Notes under the pieces: generated by a model | The model's input: the letters and a program-made list of their open reading frames with translations, nothing else | What the model was told of the DNA's origin: nothing | Databases searched by the model: none | Made by a program: the position numbers and the translations under genes | Shown here: positions 9,561 to 19,106 of the stretch, one piece after another | Layout of the letters: every line of letters begins with the position of its first letter | How positions within the stretch are numbered: position 1 is the first letter of the stretch | NCBI GenBank assembly: GCA_000092065.1 | Contig: CP000585.1 | DNA length: 64,000 nt | Direction: 5' to 3' (one strand) | Source: Ostreococcus lucimarinus | Taxonomy: Eukaryota

Positions 9561-9665
9561 GGCAGTTCCTTCAATATTTTGAGCCTCGTCGCTGCGCTCT
9601 TCGTGCTCGTCCCGCTCGGGTTATTAATATTCGCGTACACATCGTACGGTACACTTTGGGGGTAA
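9561..9665 (+). CDS. Hypothetical small membrane protein, exon 2 (single transmembrane helix)
   Basis: This frame has no Met of its own but encodes GSSFNILSLVAALFVLVPLGLLIFAYTSYGTLWG followed by a stop. It joins in phase to exon 1 through an AG at 9559-9560. A stronger-looking acceptor (ttttgcag at 9541-9547) would instead give a phase mismatch, so the exact junction is uncertain. Confidence 0.25.
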   Translation, partial: GSSFNILSLVAALFVLVPLGLLIFAYTSYGTLWG

Positions 9666-10786
9666 TGAGACACTGGAGTAATTACTTGTGCGAACGGATA
9701 TCAATTTTGTAATTAAATGAAAGCATGCGTGCGTAAATGGGACAGCATCGAAGCGTCCATCCACATAGATGTACTCTGCTCGAGACATTTGTCGTTCGTA
9801 TTCGACGCTTTTCTCGCCGCGACGAATGATAACATTCTACGACGCGCTGCGACTAACACACATCGTAAGCGTGCCTGAGAGTGGAATTAAATTAAATTAA
9901 ATTATTTATCGTAAGTTTCTCGCACACTTCGCGCGTGATATCGACGTATGATGTTTGTGCACCGATGATTACGTGACTCGACCGCGCGCGTGTCGAATTT
10001 CGCCCAAACTATTCGACGAATGCTCTTTTTTGTGATTTGGGATTAAATAATTAAATCAGTAGATATTTCGCATCGTCTGACATGGACGTGTTCCTTAGCG
10101 TCATGGCGTGCGATTCGCGCCAGAGTCTCTGAGTTCGTGCATGGTACTGTCTGTGTCAATCTTGACGTGCTCAGAGCGCGATTAACGCGCTTTTTGACGA
10201 TGAAGTCTTGAGCTTTGTTCGAGTTTTGCAATATTCATTTAATTGTTTATGTGACGAACCATGAAGCAAGACAGGCGTTGATTGAATCGTTTTCCAAATG
10301 TATGGTCGTCGTAAAATAAATAACTGATCAGTCACTCACTTCTGCGATGCTATTTCTTAACGTGCGCGCGTGTATCGCTGTTTTTCAATGTTGCCCGGGT
10401 GAAATAAATAGACATTCGCTTTGCAGAGCGAGCGCCGCAACGCGAAATGTTGACGCCTCAGGAGCGCGCGATTCGATATGCGAACGACTTCTGTATTTAT
10501 TTCAAGTTGATTTGAGTGTTCTCGACCGATTTCGTCGGCCGTGTCGTTTTCGTTCCGACGTGCCCCTCGAGGCCAAGGCGAAAGAAAAACTATCACGAGA
10601 GGAAGATGAAGTGCTGATCGATCGGCGACTACAGATACAGCCTCGCGCGCGACAAAAGACGCGCGAGTTGAGTGGTGAACGCGCCCTACTGTTTGGCAAG
10701 CATGGTTGCTCGCGCCGTTGACTTTTGAACTTGCATTCCTGCACACACGTCGGCTATTCGAAGCGTGAATCGTACGTAGAAAAGAT

Positions 10787-12505
10787 TTGGCGGGAAAAGA
10801 TTTAGCGGGAATGAGTGCAGCGCTGCTCAGCGGCGTGATGTTTCCTCGACGTTGCGCTGGCGTGCGATTTGATCGTAGATGTGTCGCATCAGCGCGTACT
10901 CGCGTGGCGCTTCTTCCGCTTGCGTCCGCGCACGGCGACAAATCAAATTCACCCGACAGGCGCGCAAGGATCAAGCGCATCATCAACGTGCGGCGTCCTC
11001 GCAGACAACACGCGATAACCGATTTGGTCGAGATGGAGTCAATAGAGACGGCCGAAGATATCCTTGCGACTCGTCAACCCGCTGAATTTCAGAAAAAAGC
11101 CTCCGTTGGTAGACTTGAGGAGCTGGTCGCGTTTTATGAGCTGTACGGGCATTCGACGCCGCCCGCCGGAACATCCCTCTCCAACTGGGTTAAAAAGATG
11201 CGCACGATGAAACGCCGTGGTGAGCTTGGGCAGGACGTCATACTATCATTGAATGCGCTCGAAATGGACTGGGAACCGCTGCAGAAGCGGAGATTCGCTC
11301 GATTAGAAGAATTACAAGCGTTCAAGGCGAAGGAAGGCCACGTTCAAGTTCCAGTCGGCGGCTCGCTAGAGCGGTGGGTCAGACGCATGCGCACACTCAA
11401 ACGCCAAGACAAATTGGCTGAAGACATTGTACAAGAATTAGATAAGTTGGGAGTGATTTGGGAGCCGAACGTTACCAAGAAGAATCATAGCGACGAAACG
11501 TTTGAGTCTCGCCTTGATGAACTCAAGGCGCTCGTCGCTTCAGATGGCAAGGTGAAGAGGACAAATCAGTATGAACCAGGAATGAAAACGTGGTTGTATC
11601 ATCAGCAACGGTGCTTTCGAGAGGGAAAGCTAAGTAAAGATAAGATTCAGGCGCTGAGAGACGTGGGTGTGACGCTCAAGATGACGCAGCGCGTCTCTTG
11701 GGACGCGCGACTGATGGAACTCATCGAGTTCAAGCGAATTCACGGTCACTGCAACGTCCCTGCCACATGGCGACACAATAAAGAATTAGGTTCGTGGGTG
11801 GGCACGCAGCGAAAGTACAAGCGCACCGGCAAATTATCTGATGAGCGCATCTCGGCGCTCACGTCCGTCGGCTTTGAATGGGAGCCAAAAAAGGCGCTTT
11901 CGCGCGGTGTGCGAAGCAAGGTTTCTCCGTGGACTGTATCGAGCATGTCATCCCAAAGAAAGGGTCCAAACGTGCAGATCAACTGGATAGGCGGTGAGGA
12001 TAAGAAACCACCGAGCAATGAAACGTTCACGTGGGGGCGCGCTTCGGTGAACTACGAAGAGAAGCAACAAATTGTGTTCAATGAAATCGAGAAGTGGTGG
12101 AAAGACGGTGCTTCCGAGAAGTTGAGCCCGCAAACTAGCATACGAGGGATGCGCTTAAATCATCGTTTGAAGATTGGCAAGAACGTCAACTTCAAGCCGG
12201 ATATATTGTTGGAGATTGTCTCGGTGACGGATGAACAGACGAGCACGTGGGGCCTAATTGTCGAGGTCGACGAGTTCGGTCATCGAAGAGGTAGCAAGAG
12301 CTACGTTAACGAGGAGTCGAGAATGAGCGAACTTCAAAAGGCTTTGGACGTGCCCATCAAATTCGTGCGATTTAATCCAGATCCGACCGAGGAAGATGAT
12401 CGTGAACTCGAAAACCGCATGGGAGGACTTCTTCAACACCTGAACGAAGCCGTCGCGCATCCGCCCATCCGTGATTTAGAAGTCTCTTATATCGCGTACG
12501 ATTAG
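10787..12505 (+). CDS. Protein with four tandem helicase-associated (HA, PF03457-like) repeats and a C-terminal Vsr/DUF559-like (PD-(D/E)XK-type) endonuclease domain; N-terminal presequence
   Basis: 572-aa ORF. Four ~60-aa repeats share the signature F..RL.EL..F....GH..VP....L..WV...R...K.GKL....I..L...G..WEP (e.g. RLEELVAFYELYGHSTPPAGTSLSNWVKKMRTMKRRGELGQDVILSLNALEMDWEP). The C-terminus KPDILLEIVSV...GLIVEVDEFGH...KFVRFNPD matches the DUF559/Vsr-like motif D..LAIEVDG..H...VLRF. The N-terminal 60 aa are Arg/Ser-rich, like a targeting peptide. Confidence 0.65.
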   Translation: MAGKDLAGMSAALLSGVMFPRRCAGVRFDRRCVASARTRVALLPLASAHGDKSNSPDRRARIKRIINVRRPRRQHAITDLVEMESIETAEDILATRQPAEFQKKASVGRLEELVAFYELYGHSTPPAGTSLSNWVKKMRTMKRRGELGQDVILSLNALEMDWEPLQKRRFARLEELQAFKAKEGHVQVPVGGSLERWVRRMRTLKRQDKLAEDIVQELDKLGVIWEPNVTKKNHSDETFESRLDELKALVASDGKVKRTNQYEPGMKTWLYHQQRCFREGKLSKDKIQALRDVGVTLKMTQRVSWDARLMELIEFKRIHGHCNVPATWRHNKELGSWVGTQRKYKRTGKLSDERISALTSVGFEWEPKKALSRGVRSKVSPWTVSSMSSQRKGPNVQINWIGGEDKKPPSNETFTWGRASVNYEEKQQIVFNEIEKWWKDGASEKLSPQTSIRGMRLNHRLKIGKNVNFKPDILLEIVSVTDEQTSTWGLIVEVDEFGHRRGSKSYVNEESRMSELQKALDVPIKFVRFNPDPTEEDDRELENRMGGLLQHLNEAVAHPPIRDLEVSYIAYD

Positions 12506-12670
12506 TGCGCATGTGTACTTAAGCAAGTTGTAAATGACGACAAGAAATTGTGTAATGTGTCGCGTAGAACGTCTTTTAAAGTATTACATGTGTCAGTGCT
12601 GATTTGCGATCTCGGCGACCGGTGGCAGCGTGTACAGCGAGCGTGTTTTGTTCGGAGTCCTCTCGGTAAC

Positions 12671-13534
12671 TTAATCAAGGCAAGCGGCGGCGATAAAGAG
12701 CGACAAAATGCCAAACTCTGAGACAATGGTTGATGGAGAAGAGATCCCGGCGAAAGGAACGATGTCTACGCGTAGCCACCCCTGCACGGCGCCGCCGACG
12801 ACGGAGCCGACGACGAGGGCGCCAAACGCCAAAGCCGCGGCGCGTCCTATGCTCACGCGCTTCTGGTTCATGAACCACACCGTGGCGCCGAGCGCGGCGG
12901 CTATTTCAAGCCCGGTCGGGTTCTCTACGCCTTCCGGCTGCGCGAAACCTTGCAACAACGTCACGAGCGCGAGAGCGCCAAAGAGTGCGCCCGCTCGAGT
13001 CGTCGTCTCTCGCGACGGCGCCGCGAACCGCGGTCCCGCGGGAAGAGACTTCCCAGCCTCGCGCGCCCACGGCGGTAACGACGCCTTGATCTTATCAACC
13101 GCCGGCACCACATCGGCGTATTTCACTTCGTTCTTCACGCTCTCTCCCTTCGTTCGTCGGTTGAAAGACTTCATGAGCAGCACGTCGTACGCCGCCTCGA
13201 CTTCGCCTCGCTTGATTTCGTCTTCCGCGTATTTTTCGAGCATGTCCTTGTGCGCGCGCACGAGTTCATCGCTCGACGCGTCGGGTCGTAATCCGAGCAC
13301 CGCGTTCGCGCGCTGCGCGTCCATCCCCACCGACGGGTTCGGGTTCTCGTTCGACGCTCGCACCGCGATCGTCGACGCGCGTCGCGCGCGATTGCCGCGA
13401 TGGCGTTCGACGCGGTGCGCTTTGGTCGCGTCTCCGGCGTCGCGGCGGCACCGCGCGTGGCGATTGACGCGCGAGGACGACGACGACGACGACGACGTCG
13501 CCGCGCACGTCATCGCGCGCGACATCACGAGCAT
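12671..13534 (-). CDS. CPP1: J-like domain membrane protein, CPP1/CDF1-like (chaperone-like protein of POR1)
   Basis: 288-aa model from the Met at 13534 (MLVMSRAMTCAATSSSSS, transit-peptide-like). The J-like helix NAVLGLRPDASSDELVRAHKDMLEKYAEDEIKRGEVEAAYDVLL lacks HPD. Three predicted C-terminal transmembrane segments follow (ALFGALALVTLL, AAALGATVWFM, AFGALVVGSVVGGA). Confidence 0.55.
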   Translation of the reverse strand: MLVMSRAMTCAATSSSSSSSSRVNRHARCRRDAGDATKAHRVERHRGNRARRASTIAVRASNENPNPSVGMDAQRANAVLGLRPDASSDELVRAHKDMLEKYAEDEIKRGEVEAAYDVLLMKSFNRRTKGESVKNEVKYADVVPAVDKIKASLPPWAREAGKSLPAGPRFAAPSRETTTRAGALFGALALVTLLQGFAQPEGVENPTGLEIAAALGATVWFMNQKRVSIGRAAALAFGALVVGSVVGGAVQGWLRVDIVPFAGISSPSTIVSEFGILSLFIAAACLD

Positions 13535-13861
13535 GGTCACGGCGCGAACGTCGCGCGTCGCGATGCGCCGCGCGCGCCATCGCGATCGCCCGATCCTCGG
13601 CGCGAGTCCGATTTCGCGCGATTTCGCCGGTCGCGACTCGCGCGCGCGTCGGTTGGAAAATATCGCCGGCGTATCGCCCGTCGAGAAGAAGAGACGAGAC
13701 GCGACGGCGGACCGGCGGTCGGCGGTGCGGTCGGTCGGCGCCCCAGTCGACGACGACGACGACGACCGATGGCGCGCGCGCGGCGTGGGTGAGCCGAACG
13801 ACGAGACGAGACGACGCGACGACGAGACGACCTCGGGGCGGACGAGGCGACTCGTGCGACC

Positions 13862-15445
13862 ATGGCGTCGAGACCGGCGATGGAGAAGCTCATCAAGCGA
13901 TGCTGCGACGCGAGCGCACCGAGCGTGGACGCGGTGGCGCTGAAAACGCTGAAGAGAACGGTGAGGAATAATGATGACGGTCTGCGGTGCGCGCACGAGA
14001 TACTGATGAAGACGATGCAATCGTCCAGGGCGAGCGCGGCGACGCGAGCGCGAGCGGTGACGACGACGAGCGAACTCTTCGAGCGTTCGCGACTGTTTCG
14101 AGAGCTCACGCTCGATCGATTGGAGGTGCTGATGAAATACACGATAGGGACGGATGATGATATTCCACTTCCCGACGTTCCCAAGGGCGAGGGCGATCGA
14201 TTGCGACAACACGCGATCGACGTTTTAGAGGCGTGGGAGGCAAAATTTAAGACGCAATACAAGCAGCTCACGTTGGCTCGCAAATTCGTCACCGAGCGCC
14301 TCGGTGATGACGCGCCGGAGGCGCGCGCGGAGCGCGCGCAGCGACTCACCGCTGAGAAAGAGCGCGAAGTGCAGTCGAAGCTTCAAAATCGATGGCTGGC
14401 GATAAAAACAGAGCTGCCCGCGTTGCTGGATGAAATCGACGACGCACGAAACGCCGCTTGCGAGTGCTTTCGTTTGCTCTTCGGTGATCGATTCGTGACG
14501 GAATTCAACGACGAATCATCGTTTGCGTCTAAAGATCGAAGTGCCTCGACGAGTACAACGGTCAATGACACGATACAATCGATGCGGGAAGACGAATGCG
14601 AAGACGACTGGGAAGACGTCGTCGACGGCGCCGTCAAGGATTGGCGGTTCGCGCAAGGTACTGACGAGCATACCACCGCGTCTTCATCCGTGACGAGCAT
14701 TGAGTTGAGAGAGACGAGTGAAAACGCACCAATCATAGAGCAACTCCGCGGTCTGTATCGCTCCACCAAGGCTCGGTATCTTCCGCGTCTCACAGAGACG
14801 CTTCAAATTTTGGGTCGAATTCAACCCGAGAACAAAGACGACGATGGAAACGTCGTGATCACTCAGACTGAGCGTTCGAGAGTGGTGAACGCCGTGAGCG
14901 AATTTAAGCAGACCTTTTCTGCGTTCGTGGAGCGATGCGAGGCGCTGAGATTGATTAAGCGTCGTCAAACCGGCGACGAGCCCGCAAACGCGAATGCGAA
15001 AGAGTCTTCGCCGACCGCCGCTGATCCGCCCCACGCGGTCGAAGAAGACGAGGATGACATAGAGTCACGTCGTGGAGCATCCAGTCGTGCCGTCGAGGCA
15101 CTTCTTGAGCGCGCGGCGAAGCGTCGGAAACGCGGGTCGAATGATGCGCGTCGCGCCAAGGAAGAAGCCGCGAAACGAGACGTTGACCGCGACGGCGAGC
15201 GACGGTCTCAGAAGATGCTGGCGAGCGAAATCAAGGCGCACAACGACGAAGTGCTCGCTGAGGCGGGATTAGACTTTTTCGAACTCGAACGAAGGCGTCA
15301 AAACGCCGCGTCTGAGACTTTGGCGAGCGATTTGATGGAGGAAGAAATTGAACGCCACAACGAGTTGACGGCGCGAGGAGCGACGCCGCGACAACGCATC
15401 GAGCGCAGCTTGAAAGAACTCAAGAGAGGAGGTAGGAATAGATAG
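13862..15445 (+). CDS. UVSSA: UV-stimulated scaffold protein A (UVSSA) homologue (transcription-coupled NER)
   Basis: The N-terminal VHS-like region HEILMKTMQS...SELFERSRLFRELTLDRLEVLMKYTIGTDDDIPLP...RLRQHAIDVLEAWEAKFKTQYKQLTLARKFV and the following ECFRLLF align by eye with human UVSSA ([34 protein letters not shown]...[31 protein letters not shown]...SCFRLLVPF). The C-terminal half is acidic/coiled-coil. Confidence 0.7.
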   Translation: MASRPAMEKLIKRCCDASAPSVDAVALKTLKRTVRNNDDGLRCAHEILMKTMQSSRASAATRARAVTTTSELFERSRLFRELTLDRLEVLMKYTIGTDDDIPLPDVPKGEGDRLRQHAIDVLEAWEAKFKTQYKQLTLARKFVTERLGDDAPEARAERAQRLTAEKEREVQSKLQNRWLAIKTELPALLDEIDDARNAACECFRLLFGDRFVTEFNDESSFASKDRSASTSTTVNDTIQSMREDECEDDWEDVVDGAVKDWRFAQGTDEHTTASSSVTSIELRETSENAPIIEQLRGLYRSTKARYLPRLTETLQILGRIQPENKDDDGNVVITQTERSRVVNAVSEFKQTFSAFVERCEALRLIKRRQTGDEPANANAKESSPTAADPPHAVEEDEDDIESRRGASSRAVEALLERAAKRRKRGSNDARRAKEEAAKRDVDRDGERRSQKMLASEIKAHNDEVLAEAGLDFFELERRRQNAASETLASDLMEEEIERHNELTARGATPRQRIERSLKELKRGGRNR

Positions 15446-15510
15446 AAAGCAACCCTACGCAGACCATAGATAGACTAAACGTCAATAGTGCTACAACGAC
15501 TAGCTAATCA

Positions 15511-16158
15511 CTAATTTTCCTTTGCCTTGCCGAGCTTTTTCCTTCGTTGGGCGAACATGTACCGATAGAGCGTGTAAAACAGGAACGGGTACGCCACCAA
15601 GAGCGCGTTCAGGAACGTGACGTAATCGAACGCAAAGTTGTATGCATTTGGCATCGTTACCGCGTACATTTTAGTCTTCCGCGCGTGCGCTCGCGCGTCG
15701 TACATGAGTTTCATCTCCGCCGCCGCTCCGAGCGGGTACAGCGGCACGAACACCGTGTACCGCGACCACGTCAACCACTTGGGCGAACGTCCGATCAAAC
15801 CGCCGACGTAGGACGGATATCGCACCACTTCCGTCAGCGCCCACGCGAACACCAGCGCCGTCGCCGCGACGCTCGCGTGTGACGTCTTCACCGCGTCCAG
15901 CGCGCACTTCAGGCAGTGCGTGCGTCCGCTCCACTGCGCGAGCGCCGCCGCCGCGGGCGTCGGCGTCAATCCCGCGACCGCGTGCGCGATTTCCGCGAAC
16001 GAGGCGAGTTGAAACACCATCAGCGTCGATCGGCACGCGTCGTACGCCCCCGTGGCGTCGTCCAACGACGCCCGGGACGCCTTCGCGAGCACCGTCAACC
16101 ACCCGCACGCCTGCGCGACGTTGTACAGCACGAGGTATCGCCGCGCGAGCGCGCCCAT
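15511..16158 (-). CDS. HACD: Very-long-chain (3R)-3-hydroxyacyl-CoA dehydratase (PTPLA/HACD/PAS2 family)
   Basis: The 215-aa multi-pass membrane protein begins YLVLYNVAQACGWLTVL.... It carries conserved PTPLA motifs (SFAEIAHA, WALTEVVRYPSY, YTVFVPLYPLG). Confidence 0.75.
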   Translation of the reverse strand: MGALARRYLVLYNVAQACGWLTVLAKASRASLDDATGAYDACRSTLMVFQLASFAEIAHAVAGLTPTPAAAALAQWSGRTHCLKCALDAVKTSHASVAATALVFAWALTEVVRYPSYVGGLIGRSPKWLTWSRYTVFVPLYPLGAAAEMKLMYDARAHARKTKMYAVTMPNAYNFAFDYVTFLNALLVAYPFLFYTLYRYMFAQRRKKLGKAKEN

Positions 16159-16460
16159 CGTCGTCGTCGAGGCGCGCGCGAGAGAGGGCGCGAGCGGCGA
16201 CGCGAGCGGCGCGATGTCGGCGTCGAGTCGAGTCGCGCGCGCGCGTGTCGCGCGTCGCGCGCGGCGTCATCCCGGACGAGTCGCGTAAACCCTGGACCTC
16301 TGAGACGACCCATATCGACTTTCTCGACTTTCGCGTCCCGGACGGTCGGCGCGGCACTCGACGCCGCGGGACGCGTCGCGCGTCCGTCGAGCGCGATCGG
16401 CGCATCGACGACGCGATCGAGCGCGTCGATCGCGTCGATCGCGTCGAAGCGCCGTCGTCG

Positions 16461-19034
16461 ATGGTCGCGCGCGCACCGCGCGACGACGACGACGACGACG
16501 AGAGAGACGACGACGACGACGAGGAAAAGTTGTTGGGACGGACGCGAAGCGATGGGACGGGGACGACGGCGCGCGAACGAATCGCGAGCGGAGATGACGA
16601 GTGGGATGAAAGAGACAGCGCACGCGCGGAATCGACGGGGCGAACGCGCGCGCGGGACGAGGACGCGTCGAGAGGGACGAAGACGGTCAAGTTGGCGATA
16701 GATGGGATGACGTGCGCGGCGTGCGCGGGAGGCGTCGAACGCGCGCTGCGAACGGCGAAAGGGGTGACTTCGGCGAGCGTGAGCTTGATTCCCGAGGGCG
16801 TGGCGGTGGTGGATTACGATCCCGAACACACGGGGGCGCGAACGTTGATAGATGCGGTGGAAGAGATCGGTTTCGGGGCGAGCGTGTATCGCGGCGGCGG
16901 CGACGAGCGCGCGAAGTCGAATCGAGAGCAGTCGAAATATAGAGAGGATTTGAAGGTGAGCATCGCGCTCACGGCACCGATCGTGCTGACGAACTTGATG
17001 CTCGAACGTATTTGGAGCCCTAAAGTGATGCGCGGGCTCTCGTTTTGGGTGTTCGTCAAGTGCGCGCTCGCCACTCGCGTGCAGTTTGGCGTCGGCATGC
17101 GCTTTCATCGCGGAGCTTTGAATTCGCTCAAACGCGGCGCTAGTAACATGGATGTCCTCGTCTCTCTGAGTACGAACGTCGCGTACGGGGTGAGCGTATT
17201 CAGTATGTTATACTGTCTCTTCTTCGGTTCTATGTTTGCGCGAGACTATTTCGACACGAGCGCCATGTTGATCACGTTCATATTGATTGGCAAGTATCTC
17301 GAAACGTCGGCGAGAGGGAAGACGAGCGCGGCGGTCACCAAACTACTCGAGCTCACGCCTCGCAACGCGACTTTGCTCAGGCCGACGAAAGACGATGCTG
17401 AGTTTAGTGAGAAAATCATCGCGACCGAGCTCATACACGTGGGTGATCTGCTGAAGGTTTTTCCGGGAGCGCGAGTGCCCGCCGACGGCGTCGTCGTGCG
17501 AGGCGAGGCATTCATAGACGAGTCCATGGTGAGTGGAGAAACGATGCCGGTGACGCGAAAAGTCGGCGCACGAGTGATAGGTGGTACAATTAACGAAGGA
17601 AACACCTTTGTCATACGTGCTGAAAAGGTGGGCGCAGACTCTACGCTCCACCAAATTGTCCATCTCGTCGAAAACGCCCAACTCGTCAAGGCGCCGATTC
17701 AAGCCTTTGCGGATCGCATTTCGAACATCTTTGTACCCGCTGTTGTGGTTTTGGCCTCGATAACGTTTTTATCTTGGTTGATCGCGGGGTGGGTGAACTC
17801 TTTCCCCACCGTGTGGGTGCCGACGAACGAAAACAAGACCCTCTTTGCAATGATGTTTGGCATCTCCGTCCTCGTTACGGCTTGTCCTTGCGCTCTCGGC
17901 CTCGCAACACCGACGGCGATCATGGTTGGAACTAGTGTCGCGGCAACTAGCGGTATCTTGGTTAAGGGTGCTGATGCTCTGGAACGAGCCGGTGCGCTGG
18001 ACGTAGTTGTGTTCGATAAGACTGGCACGTTGACTACGGGCTCGCCCACTGTCACCGCCTTCATAGCGTCGCAAGTTGAGACTCTCGATCAAATCATCAG
18101 TTTGGTGGTTTGCGTTGAGAAAGACAGCGAGCATCCGATTGCAAAAGCCGTGCGAGATTATGCCAGACGTCAAAGTCCGTCCGAAATACCTTCGAACTTA
18201 AAGTCGGACGTTCAAAACATCCCCGGCCAAGGCGTCTGTTGCGTGGTGAACGGCAAATCCGTGGCGCTGGGAAACGAAAAGATGATGCAGGAGCGAAACA
18301 TGCGGCAACTGTCCGAAGAAATCTCAAAGTTTGTGACAGAACACGAAGAGAGTGGAAAGACAGTGGTTTACGTGGGCGTTCAAGGTGTCGTCGAGGGAGC
18401 TTTCGCGGTGTCTGACGAGTTGAAATCCGACGCCAGAGAGACGGTGACTGCTTTGCGAGAGCGAGGCATCGAAAGCATCATGGTCACCGGCGACAACTTG
18501 AAGACCGCGCGCGCGATTGCACGTGCGTGCGGAATCGAGATTATCCATGCAGAGGCTTCACCAACGGATAAAGTGAACATCATCAAAGAATTACAATCAA
18601 AACGTTCGCCTCGAGCGAAGGACGAGTTCAAACCGACTTCAGTGGCGATGGTCGGCGACGGCGTCAATGACGCCCCATCGTTAGCATCCGCGGATGTTGG
18701 GATGGCAATCGGTGCTGGAACTGATATTGCGATCGAAGCGGCTGATTTCGTGCTCATGCACGCTGATTTGTACACAGTCGTCCGAGCCATAGATATTGCG
18801 CAGAAAACGTTTCGACAAATACGCCAAAACTACGTCTGGGCTCTGGGATACAACGCGGTCACGCTACCCCTCGCGGCGGGTGCGTTTTACCCGAGCATCA
18901 AAGTTTCACCATGGCTCGCGAGTATATTGATGGCGTCCAGCAGCATTTCCGTCGTCTTGGCCTCGTTATCGTTGACGAACAAGTGCGCAGCGCCGAGTCG
19001 TTCTCCGTTGCGAGCGATCAAGTTAGGTCAATAG
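16461..19034 (+). CDS. Copper-transporting P1B-type ATPase (HMA family) with one N-terminal heavy-metal-associated domain
   Basis: HMA motif GMTCAACAGGVERAL. P-type ATPase motifs are all present: CPCALGLATP (CPC), DKTGTLT, TGDN, GDGVNDAP. Start taken at Met 16461 (MVARAPRDDDDDD) because the longer ORF from 15879 overlaps the HACD gene. Confidence 0.8.
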   Translation: MVARAPRDDDDDDERDDDDDEEKLLGRTRSDGTGTTARERIASGDDEWDERDSARAESTGRTRARDEDASRGTKTVKLAIDGMTCAACAGGVERALRTAKGVTSASVSLIPEGVAVVDYDPEHTGARTLIDAVEEIGFGASVYRGGGDERAKSNREQSKYREDLKVSIALTAPIVLTNLMLERIWSPKVMRGLSFWVFVKCALATRVQFGVGMRFHRGALNSLKRGASNMDVLVSLSTNVAYGVSVFSMLYCLFFGSMFARDYFDTSAMLITFILIGKYLETSARGKTSAAVTKLLELTPRNATLLRPTKDDAEFSEKIIATELIHVGDLLKVFPGARVPADGVVVRGEAFIDESMVSGETMPVTRKVGARVIGGTINEGNTFVIRAEKVGADSTLHQIVHLVENAQLVKAPIQAFADRISNIFVPAVVVLASITFLSWLIAGWVNSFPTVWVPTNENKTLFAMMFGISVLVTACPCALGLATPTAIMVGTSVAATSGILVKGADALERAGALDVVVFDKTGTLTTGSPTVTAFIASQVETLDQIISLVVCVEKDSEHPIAKAVRDYARRQSPSEIPSNLKSDVQNIPGQGVCCVVNGKSVALGNEKMMQERNMRQLSEEISKFVTEHEESGKTVVYVGVQGVVEGAFAVSDELKSDARETVTALRERGIESIMVTGDNLKTARAIARACGIEIIHAEASPTDKVNIIKELQSKRSPRAKDEFKPTSVAMVGDGVNDAPSLASADVGMAIGAGTDIAIEAADFVLMHADLYTVVRAIDIAQKTFRQIRQNYVWALGYNAVTLPLAAGAFYPSIKVSPWLASILMASSSISVVLASLSLTNKCAAPSRSPLRAIKLGQ

Positions 19035-19106
19035 TTACGCTTTAGCAGCTCTATATTTTAGTAGTACAACGCTCGCTCTATCGACGAAATTATCGCCAGA
19101 TATCGT

